Shown: piece after piece, positions 12,210 to 25,175 of the stretch | How the letters are laid out: each line of letters begins with the position of its first letter | How positions within the stretch are numbered: the first letter of the stretch is position 1 | Translations under genes and position numbers: made by a program | The notes under the pieces: model-generated | Databases searched by the model: none | What the model saw: the letters and a program-made list of their open reading frames with translations, nothing else | Told to the model about the DNA's origin: nothing | DNA from: Chiloscyllium plagiosum | Taxonomy: Eukaryota | Direction of reading: 5' to 3' | Assembly: GCF_004010195.1 (NCBI RefSeq) | Contig: NC_057712.1 | Location: 93,986,256-94,050,255, forward strand | Length of the DNA: 64,000 nucleotides

Positions 12210-15200
12210 AGATGCTGAAGAACTGGGGAAACGGGAGCAGTCTTCTGAAGAGGAGGACAAGGACATTGGGCAGGAGGGAGCTGTCATTATCTATGACAGA
12301 CCCTAACGGCATTGAGTGAATCAAGCCAGACTGGACCACACTGATACCTGCTTCCAATATGGTGCAGCAGACCATCATGATGCTAGAATCTGGTTTACAG
12401 AGTGAGGGTGAACTTCAGCTTCTATTGTTTTGGATTTGTGTTTCTTTTTACTGTCTGTATATTAAAGCTCATGTTTGGAATTGTTTGACTGCCTGCCAGT
12501 AATTGATGTCCCCAACTGGGTAATGATAAGCTGCAGGTTTCCAGTGGGGATAGGGTAGTGCTGGTTTAGAGGGTGTTCACGTGGGATATACCTATGGACG
12601 GGTCAGCTGTGTGGTCTGGTGGATTCAACAGCAATGAGGGTGAGACAATGGGGTGGACTGTGTGAGGGGATGTCAGCCATGCCAGCTATGTGCGATGGGC
12701 AGTATGGATTTGTGGATGCTGTGCCACAATATTGCTGGTGAGGGGTCTATGCTAGTTTGCCAACGCTTGTCAAAGATGCCACTGGTGCAAAATTTTGAGA
12801 GTGTGATGGATTTAATTTTAAAAAATCAGGGCATCTAAAAGCAGCTTCACATTTACTATTGTTAGGAAGAAGTTACTTTAAAGAGTATTCCATCATAAAT
12901 CTTTCCAAAGAATAGAAGAAACAGACTATGGAAAGTTTGAAAGCCATGAAGGCATGCTTTTAAAACTCTAAGCAAATGTAACTTATGGATGGTATATGTT
13001 GTCAACATGTGACTTCCACACAGAATCCGGCAACACAAAGAATGATCTAATTAAAGACAGGGCTGCATCAGGCATAGGAAATCTGCAGTAAGAGAATGTC
13101 TATTGCGAGAGGAGAAACATACTCAGTGGAAAGACATCAAATTGTGCAGAAGGACTGATGTTGTAAATGATCAACTAAAACATATTCAAGAAGGGACAGA
13201 ACAGACCTATTGGTTTTACTGAGTAATTCAAGATCCAGGAGAATATGTATCAAGATGTTTGACTAGATCAACATGACTGGCAGAGTCATATGACTTTAGT
13301 TTTACCCTTAGTGAGATGCTGGGAGACCTTCTGGTATGTGGGATTGATGATGTAATCATGCAAAAGCGCCTCATGGCTGAAGGTGAACTGGACTTCAAAC
13401 AGGCACTACAACTGGCTTTATCATATGAAAATGCAGCAAGTGGAGCATATGAGTTGCAGGGTGATCCGATGGAAGTGGTGACCATCCCAAACCTGACTGA
13501 ATTTGGGAGTCTTGAGTGAAGGCAATTGCATAGCCTCACTCAGGGCATATCCTGAACAGAGAGACTCTCTAGGTCAGCCCACAGCAAAAACCCAAAACAA
13601 ATCCAAGCCTCGGCCAAGGAGTTAGAATTTTCCTCAGGATTTGGGCCAGCAAGCTAATGTAGTTGCAGCAAATGAGTCCCACCAAACCTGGATTGAGTAA
13701 GAGAACTCATAGGCTGGTATCCAAGACAGTGCCAATCCTGGAAAATACACCTACATCTGGTTTGGAACGGTTAAATTGCTTTGCACTGTCCAAATCAGAA
13801 CCAATCAAAATAAACGCCTGTTTAATAATAGTCACTTGGTTCTAATGGATGTTGATATCAGTGTAGCTGTTTCAGTGATCACTGAACCAGTCTTTGACAA
13901 AATTCATATTAGACTCCAGCTCTTCAGTTTGCTCCGCTAGACTGACAACCTATACTAGGGAACCTTTACAAATTAAGGGTAGAACTTTGGTTCCAGTCAC
14001 TTATGAGAAGCTGCTAGTTCAGTTGCCGCTGATTGTAGTAAAAGGTTCAGGCCCAAACTTGCTAGGGTGAAATTGGTTGAGAAAGATTCACCTGGATTGG
14101 CTCAACATTTTTCAATTAGAAAATGGCTGTCTGAATGAAGTCCTAATTAATTCTGGGAAGTTTTTCAGGAAGGTCTAGGGCCTATCAAAGGAGCCAAAGC
14201 CACCTTACATGTTCACCAGGAAACAATTCCACGATTCTGCAAGGCACTCCTAGTGCCTTATGGGCCAAAGTCAAACCAGTCTAGTTGTGTAATGGGCAAC
14301 ACTGGTGGAACCAATTGTGAAGCATGAAGGGTCAGTTTGCCTCTGTGGGGATTTTAAACAAATGGTAAACCACTTTTCCCAGCTGGATAAATACCCAAAT
14401 CTTTGCTTAGAGGATTCATACACAAAGCTGGCAGGGAACTGTCCTTCCCGAAGCTGGGTATGAGCCATGTGTACTTGCAATTGCAGTTAGATGAGGATTT
14501 CCAGAGGTATGCTGTAATTAATACCCATACAGGTTTGTACCAATATACAAGACTGCCATTTAGGGGTATCGTCAGCCTGTGCAATTTTTCAGCGGATGAT
14601 ATAGAAAACTTTACAAGTTTTCTACCCCAGGTCACCATTTAACTAGATGACTTGATAATAACAAGGAAGACCAAGAAAGAGCACTTAGAGAACTTGGTCA
14701 TAGTGCTTAGATGTTTCTCCCAGACAGGCGAAAGCCTTAGATGGGAAAAATGTGTGTTCCTATTTGGACTACACTATTGACAAGACTAGGTTACATCTGT
14801 TGGAAGATGATCAAAGGTGCCCTGGCTCCCACGTCTGTACTGGAGCTTAGATCTATCCTTGGGCTGGTGAATTATTATGGAAAGTTCATACATAACCTGG
14901 CCTCCATCCTGGCACCTACATGTCAACTCTTAAAAAAGGGTCAGCCTTGGAAATGGCCATGTAGCCAAGTCATAACTGTCAGGGAAGTGAAGAAACAGCT
15001 ATCATCGTCTATGGTGTTTGCACACTATGATTCCAAACAAGATCTGGTATTGATCTATGATGTCTCTCTGCATGGCAGCGGGGTAGTATTAGCTCATAAG
15101 TGGCCCAATTGAGAGGAATATCATTAGCATATGCATCCAGGACTTTGGCTAATGCAGAGTGTAAATATGCTCAGATAGCGAAGTAAGGTTTGGCTGTCAT

Positions 15201-15900
15201 ATTTGGAATCAGGAAGTGCCACTAATATCTTTACGGATGTAAATTTGTAATAATAACAGACCACAAACCCTTGATGGTCTACTTAAAGAGGGCAAAGCAG
15301 TCCTGCCCATAGCTTCGGGCTGAAATCAGTGGTGGGCTTTAATACTGAGTGCATATAATTACAAGTTGGAACACAGCCTGGGAGACCAAGTAGCAAATAG
15401 GGATGCCCTACCGGAGGAATCCATAACGGTTTTAAATTTTCTGGACACACTTCCAGTCACAGCTGACAATATCCGATTTTGGATGCAGAAAGATCCAGTC
15501 CAGGCAAAACTGAAACAGCTGGTGGTGATCGGGCAAACCAAAGAGCCGATACAATCAGAGTTGAAACCTTTTTAGACCCAGAGAGACCAGATCACAATAC
15601 AGGCTTATTATTATGGGAAGCAAGAGTGATTGTCCCAGGCAAAGACTCCACCCCAGGTTAAACCTGATCTTTATGGACCTGGGGGAGGGGGGTGGGGGAC
15701 GGGAGAGTGGGGGGGGGTGGGGGGTGGGATGCGGGCAAAACAACCTCAGGCATGCCAATGCCAGACAATGGCCCTGCATAGGTAAGAGGCATGGTTGACA
15801 CAAGATCAGATCATATACAGTTCGGGTGTTTCTGATAGTCCTGAACAAGGACGTGAAACATACGAAAGCTGCAAACTTGAAAACAGTGCGTGAACAAAAC

Positions 15901-16098
15901 CTAGGCCAAAATGAGGACTGCGGATGCTGGAGATAGAGTCTAGATTCGAGTGGGGCTGGAAAAGCACAGCAGGTCAGGCAGCATCCGAGGAGCAGGAAAA
16001 TCTGATTTCTGATGAAGGGCCTTTCCCCGAAACATCGATTTTCCTGCTCCTCGGAGGCTGCCTGACCTGCTGTGCTTTTCCAGCCCCACTCTAACTGC
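15901..16098. mobile_element. Fold-back PLE-terminus insertion (family B) nested in Gypsy
   Basis: Arms about 15948-16002 and 16037-16091 are reverse complements; 9-bp direct repeat gaacaaaac at 15892-15900 and 16099-16107. Confidence 0.85.
16006..16040 (+). ncRNA. Minimal hammerhead ribozyme-like motif (family B, partly decayed)
   Basis: CTGATGA (16009-16015), A, GGGC-CTTT-CCCC, GAA, ACAT, C, GA; ACAT is likely CpG-decayed ACGT. Confidence 0.6.
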
Positions 16099-16389
16099 GA
16101 ACAAAACATGCCCAACTCCTCGACAGCCTTTCCGACTACTCTGGAACCCATGGGTTCTCCCTCTCCATCAAGCGTTGAAGATACCTCAGAATCTGAGATA
16201 GACATGGTGGTTTGTTGCTGCCTCAATGATTTTTCCATCTGAAGAAGAGAATGAATTTCCTCTGAGATGCTCTGGACCAAGAGGCACACTTTTGTGTGTT
16301 ACAAACCGCTCATATCAGAGGCAGAGCTGGAGGAACCTGACCCAGTGCTAAAATGCCCAGGAGGAGCTACAGACGCAGAGTGGGGTGAA

Positions 16390-16626
16390 TGTAGTGATTG
16401 TAATCAGGCCAGCCAAGTGGACCTTAGAGAATCTGAGTTCCCTGATTGGACCAGATTAACAGCCCCAAACAGACAGCCCTGGCTGACAGATATAAACAGG
16501 AGTGTCAGAAGTTCTGCTCACTCTGAGAGCTGTGCCTGAGGGAGCTGGATGAGTGTCAAGTTCTATGCACACGTAAATAAAGGGTGACTTGGTGACCGGA
16601 TACCAGCCTATGGTTGGGTTATTTCA
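16390..16626 (+). repeat. 3' LTR of the Gypsy element
   Basis: Purine-rich tract gagtggggtgaa, then TG...CA ends, TATA-like gatataaa (about 16489) and AATAAA (about 16576). Confidence 0.75.
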
Positions 16627-16939
16627 ACTACCGGCACGAAAATCTGTCCTGATGGTTGTTCCCTTTGGTCATTGCCAGGATTAATCTCCTTAGATAGCTG
16701 CTGGATACATTACTTTGACTAGAGATTACCCCTTTCCTGCACTTTGCCGAGTAGTTTACAAAACTAAGAAATTTGTTTCTCTCTACTGAGCTCTGAAATT
16801 GTCTGTTTTGTTTGGCATATTCAACGATTTGTCAGCAAGTTTTCAAAACTGATTTCTTCCAAATTAGCCTAGCATCCAACAAGAAATGCTAATGACTATT
16901 CTTGACCTAACTCTCCTTCCTCTTAGAAGGAACTGGACA

Positions 16940-19075
16940 GTTGGAAGGGGTTCCAGTGATACTGAAGGAACAGTGATGTATTCCCGAGTCAGGATGATGA
17001 GCAGCTTGGGGGGGAGCTTGCGGGTGGTGGTGTTCCCATGTAGCTACTGCACTTGTACTTCTGGATGACATGGTCCTGGATTTGAAAGGTGCAGTTGGAT
17101 CTTTGGTGAATTTCTGCATTGCATCATGTTGATGGTACACACTGCTGCTACTGAGCATCAGTGGTGCAGGGAGTGAGTATTTGTGGGTGTGGTATCAATC
17201 AAGTGGGTTGCTTTGTCCTGGATGGTGTCAAGCTTCTTGAGTGTTGGTGAAGCTGCACCCATCCAGGCAACTGGGGAATATTCCATTAGACTCCTGATTT
17301 GTGCTCTATAGAATATGGACAGGCTTTGTGGGTGCAGGCTTGGAGTTGATTTTTGCAATATTCCCATCCGCTGACCTGCTTTTGTAGCCACTTATTTATA
17401 TAGCAAGGGGTAATCCCCAGGATATTGATTGTGGGCGATTCAGTGATAGTAATGCCATTGAATGGCAACAGATAATGGTTGGATTCTGTCTTATTGGAGA
17501 TAGTCATTACCTGGTGTGAATATTACCTGCCACTGGCAAGCCCGAGTCTTCATGTTGTCTCGGTCTTATTGCATTTAAGCAGGGACTGCTTCAGTTTCTG
17601 AGGAGTTGTGAATAATGCTGAATGACATAGCTCTTTTGTCCATGTTTGAATCAAGGCAGTAATGAGGTCAGGAGCTGAGTGGCTCGGGCAGAACCCAAAT
17701 TAGGCGCCATTGAGCAGGTTATTGCTGAGCAGGTGCTGCTTAATAGCACTGTTGATGACACTTTCCACCACTTTACTGATGATTCAAAGTAGACCGATAG
17801 GACGGTAATTGACCAAGTGGACTTGTCATAATTTTTGTGTCCGGGACATACCGCATTGTTCGGTAACTGTCAGTGCTGTAACCGTACTGGAACAGCTCGC
17901 TTAGGATTGTGGCAAGTTCTACAGCGCATGTCTTCAGTATTATTGCCAGAATGTTGTCAGGGCCCATAGCCTTTGCAGGTGAATGGCCTCTAACTGTTTA
18001 TTGATATAACATGGTATGAATCAGTTTGGCTGAAGACTAGCATCTGCAATGCTGGGTATCACTGGAGGATGCTGAGATGGAATATTTCCTCAGCACTTCT
18101 GGCTGGAGATTATTGCAATTGCTTCAGTGTACATCTTTTGCACTGATGTGCTGGGCTGTTTCATCATTGAGGATAGGGGTATTTGTGCAGTCTCTGTCTC
18201 CACTGAGTTGTTTAATTGTCCACTGCTGTTCATGACTGAATGTGGCAGGACTGCAGAGCTCACTGATAATATCATGGACAGATGTATCAGCAGCCAGCAG
18301 ATTGGTAAAGATGAAGCCAAGTATGTTTTTCCATCTTGGTTCCCTCAGACCTGCCACAGAGCCAGTCTAGCAGCCATGTCCTTTCAGGCCTGACCAATTC
18401 AGTCAGAATTGGTGCTATCAACTCACTTTTGGTGATGGACATTGGTTTCCCACCCAAATGCATTCTGGGTCTTTGGTGCTTCCTCATGTGATACTCAGCA
18501 TGAAGGAGAACTGATTCATCAACCCGGGGTGGGGGCGGTGGTGTATATGATATTCAATAGGAGGTTTCCAAGCCTATTGTGGGCGGCACGGTGGCACAGT
18601 GGTTAGCACTGCTGCCTCACAGCGCCTGAGACCCAGGTTCAATTCCCGCCTCAGGCGACTGACTGTGTGGAGTTTGCACGTTCTCCCCGTGTCTGCGTGG
18701 GTTTCCTCCGGGTGCTCCGGTTTCCTCCCACAGTCCAAAAATGTGCAGGTCAGGTGAATTGGCCATGCTAAATTGCCCGTAGTGTTAGGCAAGGGGTAAA
18801 TGTAGGGGTATGGGTGGGTTGCGCTTCAGCGGGTCGGTGTGGACTTGTTGGACCGAAGGGCCTGTTTCCACACTGTAATCGAACCTAATGTTCCACTTGA
18901 TGTTGTGGGCCTTCATGGGATCCTGAGTCAATGTTGTTGCCTCTCAGTGCACTTTGTTCTTGAATATGTATAACTTCCCATCATCTCTGGCCCACTGGCA
19001 GCACAGACCCAGTGATGGTATTGTCGGGGACATTGTGTATGAAATACAATCCTGTGAGGATGATGATCTCAGGCT
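16940..19075 (-). mobile_element. Non-LTR LINE (CR1/L2/RTE-X-like supergroup), decayed, interrupted by an HE1 SINE
   Basis: RT motifs GPDNILAIILKTCAVELA, INILGIT and YRAQIRSLMEYSPVAWMGA..LKKLDTIQDKA; endonuclease-like sequence toward 18300-19075. Confidence 0.85.
18581..18889 (+). mobile_element. HE1-type V-SINE, well preserved
   Basis: gggcggcacggtggcacagtggttagc, B box ggttcaattcc, V domain, CR1-like tail; CpGs largely retained. Confidence 0.93.
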
Positions 19076-19077
19076 GT

Positions 19078-19386
19078 TATAGAGATGTACAGCACAGAAA
19101 TAGACTGTTCAGTCCAATTCGTCCATGCTGACCAGATATCCTAAATTAATCTAGTCCCATTTGCCAGCATTTAGCCCATATCCCTCTAAACCCTTCCTAT
19201 CCATATACCCATCCAGATGCTGTTATTGTACCAGCTGTCACCACTTCCTCTGGCCACTCACTCCATACACGCAACACCCTTTGCGTGAATAAGTTGCCCC
19301 TTAGGTTCCGTTTATATCTTTCCCCTCTCACCCTAAACCTATACCCTCTAGTTTTGGACTCCCCGACCCCAGGGAAAAGACCTTGT
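19078..19386 (-). mobile_element. CR1 3' end
   Basis: atagagatgtacagcacagaaa...ccctaaacctataccctctagttttggactcccc is the reverse complement of the 22380-22700 type. Confidence 0.88.
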
Positions 19387-20403
19387 GTGCATGTGCATGT
19401 CCAGCAGTCGCTTAAATGTCCCTAATGAGTCTGCTTCCACCTCTACTGCGAGCAACGCATTCCATGCATTCACAACTCTCTGCGTAAAGACCCTACCTCT
19501 GACGTCTCCATTATACCTTCCTCCTAATATCTTAAAACCATGACCCCTTGTGCCAGTCAATCCTGCCCTGGGGAAAAGTCTCTGGCTATTGACTCTATCC
19601 ATGCCTCTCATTACCTTGTATACCTCGATCAAGTTACCTCTTTTCCTCCTTGTCTCCAGAGAGAAAAGTCCGAGCTTATAAACCTGTCTTCATAAGACAA
19701 GCCCTCCAGTCCAGGCAGCATCCTGGTAAACCTTCTTTGCACCCTCTCCAAAGCCTCTGTATCTTTCCTCTAATAGGGCGATCAGAACTGCACACAATAT
19801 TCCAAGTGTGGTCTCACCAGGATCTTGTAGAGCTGCAGCAAGACCTTGCAGCTCTTAAACTCAATCCCACTGTTAATAAAAGCCAAAACACCATGTGCTT
19901 TCTTAACAACCCTATCCACTTGGGTGGCAACTTTGAGGGATCTATGCACTTGAACGCTAAGATCCCTCTGTTCCTCCACACTGCCAAGAATCCTGTCTTT
20001 AATCCTATATTCAGCATTCAAATTTGACGTTCCAAAATGCATCGCTTCGCATTTATCCAGGTTGAACTCCATCTGCCATTTCTCAGCCCAGTTCTGCACC
20101 CTGTCTATGTTGCGCTGCAGCCTGCAATAGCTCTCGATACTATCAATGGCACCTCCAACCTTTGTGTCATCTGCAAATTTACTAACCCACCCCTCAACCT
20201 CTTCATCCAAGTCATTTATAAAAAATACAAAGAGCAGAGGCCCAAGAACAGAGCTCTGCGGGACACCACTCACCACTGACCTCCAGGCAGAATACTTTCC
20301 ATCTATAACTACTCTCTGCCTTTCTGTCAGGCAACCACTTCTGAATCCAGACAGCTAAATCTCCCTGTGTCCCATACCTCCTGGCTTTATGAATAAGCCT
20401 ATG
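19387..20403 (-). mobile_element. CR1 RT fragment of a different subfamily
   Basis: ORF 19782-20276 has SGVPQSSVLGPLLF..FINDL..KFADDTK..VRPHLEYCVQF; ORF 19348-19632 has the C-terminal FTQRVVNAWNAL. Confidence 0.92.
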
Positions 20404-21774
20404 TCACCTCCTTGGCCTTACCGCAGCACAAGCAGTAGCCACTGCCCCAGTGTGCTGAGCTATGAGAAGGAACATCCTACAGATAGACAGAAGTCCTGTC
20501 TTGTATGAGGTAAATGGCAATTGCTTGAACAATAGCAGAGTGTGGTGACAGAGCAGAGGCAGGGTCACCCCTGAAATTTGTGCTGGCAGTGCTGTGAGCA
20601 TGATCTCAGTATAAAATCCAATCCATCATACAAAACAGCAAGTTTTTTAAAAGCTCACAGTTGTAATATGATGCATCACAAAGACATTTATGAAACATGT
20701 GGTGGGTCTATTGGGGAATAAGCTGAACCAAATACTGCTTTTTTCCCAAATCTTATTGACCCTCAATATATTACTAATGTGTGCAGACTGAACTGGCTTT
20801 TGAATGGCCACAATCCCATTTCTCAGCTTTCCAACAGCTTACTCACACTTTATTTGGATCTACTGTACACCAACCAATACTCTAATTATACTTTAATAAG
20901 TTGACCCAGGAAACCCACATGTCTCTCTCAACCACAACTGGCATCACAGCAGCAGATGTTCCAAAATAGTTAACGTAATTCCACTTGCACCTCCTCATGA
21001 CCAGTTACAATATTACATCGACCAGGAACTGGCAGCTTCTGCCTATTGGCCCTATTACAGCATTCAAAAAAAGTGTTGAGGGAAATGTAAATGCAACAGC
21101 CTAAGGTTTTACATTTTGTAATGAAAATGTTTGTATTTACAGCAAAATTGTCATCGTACAAATCGTATAATATTTTTTCCCTATTGGCACAATGACCTGC
21201 AAAATGTAAATGATCTTCAGGAGGTGCTGTAGATCTAGCACAATCCTCAGTGACAGGAGCCTTTCCAATATTCAATATCTTTAGCCTGGAGCTGTGACAA
21301 CTGCAGCTAACTGACAAATAGTGTGGTAAAAAGATTGTACCAACAGGTTTTAGACACAGTAGTTATATCTTTTCTGAGTTCATTTTATTTTCCACAGGTG
21401 ATAAGTCTGGCTATTAACATCCGGGTGGGAAGCAAATGTAAAGATTTAAGGTGATAATAAACCTTAGTGTGGTGTAAGGATGAATACAATGTTCAACCAA
21501 CATTGTTTGAGACTATTGTAAGTCAAAGAACATTGAGGTGGGTTAACATATATTTAATACATTTTAAAAATAATAATTTTTTTATTAAAAAGATACTGAT
21601 ATTTTCTGCAAACTTAATCCATCAGAATTCGACAGGAACAGAGCTGGCAATTACCATCTTGTGTAACTGCACACTGACCATACTAAAAGTTCAAAGTACC
21701 TCTTCCTCACAAATATGAATGCTAGCAGAATGTGGCTTCACATGATCATCTTAACCCCTCAGATGAATGAACTG

Positions 21775-22713
21775 GTATAGTTAGTAAGCTTGCAGATGAT
21801 ACAGAAATTGGAGGTGTAGTGGACAGCGAAGAAGGTTACCTCAGATTACACCAGGATTTAGACCAGATGGGCCAATGGGCTGAGAAGTGGCAGATGGAGT
21901 TTAATTTAGATAAATGTGAGGTGCTGCATTTTGGGAAAGCAAATCTTAGCAGGACTTATACACTTAATGGTAAGGTCCTAGGGAGTGTTGCTGAACAAAG
22001 AGACCTTGGAGTGCAGCTTCATAGTTTCTTGAAAGTGGAGTTGCAGATAGATAGGATAGTGAAGAAGGCGTTTGGTATGCTTTCCTTTATTGGTCAGAAA
22101 TGGAGTACAGGAGTTGGGAGGTCATGTTGCAGCTGTACAGGACATTGGATAGGCCACTGTTGGAATATTGGGTGCAATTCTGGTCTCCTTCCTCTGAAAG
22201 ATGTTGTGAAACTTGAAAGGGTTTAGAGGGGATTTTCAAAAATATTGCCAGGATTGGAGGATTTGAGCTATAGGGAGATGCTGAACAGGCTGGGGCTGTT
22301 TTCCCTGGAATGTTGGAGGCTGAGGGATGACCTTCTAGAGGCTTACAAAATTATGAGGGGCATGGATAGGATAAATAGGCAAAGTCTTTTCCCTGGGGTG
22401 GGGGAGTCCAGAACTAGAGGGCATAGGTTTAGGGTGAGAGGGGAAAGATATAAACGAGACCTAAGGGGCAACTTTTTCATGCAGAGGGTGGTACGTGTAT
22501 GGAATGAGCTGCCAGAGAAAGTGGTGGAGGCTGGTACAATTGCAAGATTTAAGAGGCATTTGGATGGGTATATGAATAGGAAGGGTTTGGAGGGATATGG
22601 GCCGGGTGCTGGTAGGTGGGACTAGATTGGGTTGGGATATCTGTTCAGCATGGACAGGTTGGACCAAAGGGTCTGTTTCCATGCTATACATCTATATGAC
22701 TCTATGACTCTAT
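21775..22713 (+). mobile_element. CR1 (HER1-like) LINE, 5'-truncated
   Basis: ORFs 21819-22226 and 22245-22625 (WAEKWQMEFNLDKCEVLHFG; FFMQRVVRVWNELP); tail (atgactct)n. Confidence 0.93.
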
Positions 22714-23744
22714 AACTGACTTTGTCTCACTCATACAAAGTGAGTCACTTTCATACAGTTATCAACATTTTTAAACCAAAGAGGTATTATTACTTCTTCA
22801 AACAAGCTCCTCTGTAGAGTTTCTCCATATGATTATTTATCTAAAATAATGTACAGCTGTGACAGAGGTACAAGAATCAAAGCTGAAGCCATCATGGAAG
22901 TGAAAGCTCATGCATTTAAAAAAAAAACTGGTTTACAACATACAAAACAAAATGTAAATGGAATTCTGGAAGCCATTATAAAGTTATATATAATGCTGTT
23001 AAATATTGGGATGGCCCCAATAGAATTCACTTCACAACAGAAAAACATTTATGCCCTCTAAATGGCCAGAAATATGGAACTTCTAGCAGAACCAACCATG
23101 GAAATATATGTAAGAGTTAATCCAAAGCATCTGTTAATCATTTCTATTTTATTCTGTGACTAATTTTATGGTTTTGACCATTTTAAGAAGCGTAACATAA
23201 TTTCCATTGCGGTTTTAATGCTGTATTATGAGTCATTGCTATTTCTTGCAGACTTAATTTGTATTTCACAATACTGACCATTTCTGTACCATATTTTTTG
23301 TGCTATTTTGTTTCCAAATTTATATTTTTGAAAGATTCCTGATTTGAAAGTTTTGAACAGTACGTGATCACATGTAAAGTGCCTAGAAGGTGCTTGCATA
23401 GACTTCCAAAGATACCTGTCGCTACGACAGAGTTCTGTACAATTCCTGAGAACGCTTAGAAAGTGTGCCTGACTAATAACGTAAACTGTATCTATTGCTT
23501 TTTTGCAAGCATCTAACTTGTTATTAAAAGACGTGCATCTTCTGGTTATACTCACCATTGATGTATCCTCCACCAATTGCAATTCCACAGACCCTGGACT
23601 CAGCACAGACAAGGGTAGTTTGGTAGCAGAAGACTACCTAAAACAGAATGCTGGTGACAGTGATATCTGAAAATACAACCTGTCTCTCTTCTCAAATTTC
23701 CCTCCATCTCTCCTTTCACAAGAATGACAGGGTCCTTCTCAGAA

Positions 23745-24165
23745 TGCAGAAGCAATTAACAAGAATTGTTCCAGGAATGAGAAACTTCAGCTGTGAGGAC
23801 AGATTGAGGTAGGCACTGTTCTCCCTGGAGACAAGAGGTCTGCGATCTATGTAAGGTTTTCAAACTCATGAGCAGGCTGGACTGTGCAGATGAAGTGAAG
23901 CTGTTTCCATTTGTAAAACTAAAATAAGAGAGTTTAGATTTAAGGTGATGTGCATACAAAACAAAAATATTTGAGTAGTTGTGTATGAAAGACATTGCTT
24001 GAAAATGTGATGGGGGCAGGTTCAATTGAGACATTCAAATGGGCATTGGAAGGTTTTTTGGATAGCTATGGTATGCAAGGTTTGGGGCAAAGGCAGAATA
24101 GTAAAGCCAGTGCAGGCATGATGGGCCAAATAGCTGCCTTCTGCACTGTAATAATTCCATGGTCC
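23745..24165 (+). mobile_element. Old CR1 3' remnant
   Basis: gttctccctggag..., gcaggttcaattgagacattcaaa and gggccaaatagctgccttctgcactgta are CR1-type 3' motifs. Confidence 0.65.
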
Positions 24166-24429
24166 TCTACTTTTCATAATACAGCAGCAGCCCCACAACT
24201 GTGCAATGTCCCACTGTTTGAATGACTGAATCAACAAGTACGTCTTTTTATTTCCTTCACTTTCAGCAAAGGCTTTTCCTTTTGGGATACGCTTGGTTAT
24301 TCTTCCATTACTATGACCTCCAGTTGCACTTCCCCAATACCTTCCTGCTGAGCAGTGGGAGGATTTATTCACCTGTTAATACATTGCAATTCTGGGCTTC
24401 AATTATTACAAGGCAGGAAGTTCTATGTA

Positions 24430-24655
24430 CTTGATCACTTTAATAAACTATATTCATTGCTCAATCCAGAGGAGACCTAGCATAGATTAACAGAGTGTTT
24501 TGCTAAACACCTCCACACTTAAACTGTGACTCTGACCTGCTCGTTACACATCATTTCCCTTCCTGCTCTCAGAAATATCCTGCTAAATTGTCCAAAGGAA
24601 GCTCAATGCTAACTTTGAGAATTGTACTGGATCTGTCTTCTAGTTACAGTGTATT
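24430..24655 (+). mobile_element. Old PLE GIY-YIG remnant
   Basis: ggagacc...agattaacagagtgttttgctaaacacctc resembles GET..RL...FAEHL, followed by a DL.V..HF-like stretch. Confidence 0.45.
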
Positions 24656-24859
24656 CATCTGAATGTTATGTTTAATAACTAGAGACTATGGATGTTTAGT
24701 AGGCAGAAGGCAAATGGACATTTTTAAATGGACCCTTTGCAGAACCCAGTTGCTGCTGGCCATTGAACTGTCTGTCACTTTTGCAGCCTGGGGACACCTG
24801 CTACATGATTATACAGTTTGTTGTCTTTATTTCAGGTTTCTTCCATTTGAAATGCAGAA

Positions 24860-25175
24860 AGTGGTGGGAATGTTATTGGATTAATAATCCATCACCCAGG
24901 CTAATGTCTCAATAACATGGGTTTGAATATAATCATAACATATGAATTCATTAAAAAGCTGGCATAATAGTGATTATGTAATTACTATCAATTGTTGCAA
25001 AAGCCCATCTAATACCCTTTAGGAAAGGAAATCTGCTGTCTTTACACAGTCTGTTTTACATGTGGCTGTAGACTCACAACAACGTGGTCAACTCTTAACT
25101 GTCCTCTGGGCAATTAGGGATGCTCAGTGAATGTTGGTCTAGCAGTGATACCCTTATTCCACGAATTAATAAATA
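24860..25175 (+). mobile_element. MetaSINE-like element
   Basis: Central ccctttaggaaaggaaatctgctgtctttacacagtctg..acatgtggctgtagac resembles the Meta domain; tail gggcaattagggatg...gaattaataaa. Confidence 0.65.

Larger units (their letters stand above)
13205..16626 (+). mobile_element. Decayed Gypsy/Ty3 LTR retrotransposon (gag-pol remnants and 3' LTR)
   Basis: gag (MLGDLLVCGIDD..MQKRLMAE..LDFKQALQLA), degenerate protease near 13845, RT (AVINTHTGLYQYTRLPF), RT/RNaseH linker (LRSILGLVNYYGKFIHNLA), RNaseH (ITDHKPL at about 15252) and LLWEARVIVP; many stops and frameshifts; no 5' LTR seen. Confidence 0.9.

Noticed and set aside
15555-16289. 244-aa minus-strand ORF
   Set aside because: It is antisense to Gypsy sequence and runs through a nested palindrome and a G tract; no motif is present.
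18581-18660. tRNA gene
   Set aside because: The A and B boxes belong to a SINE head that continues into the V domain and tail; the same holds for the other copies.
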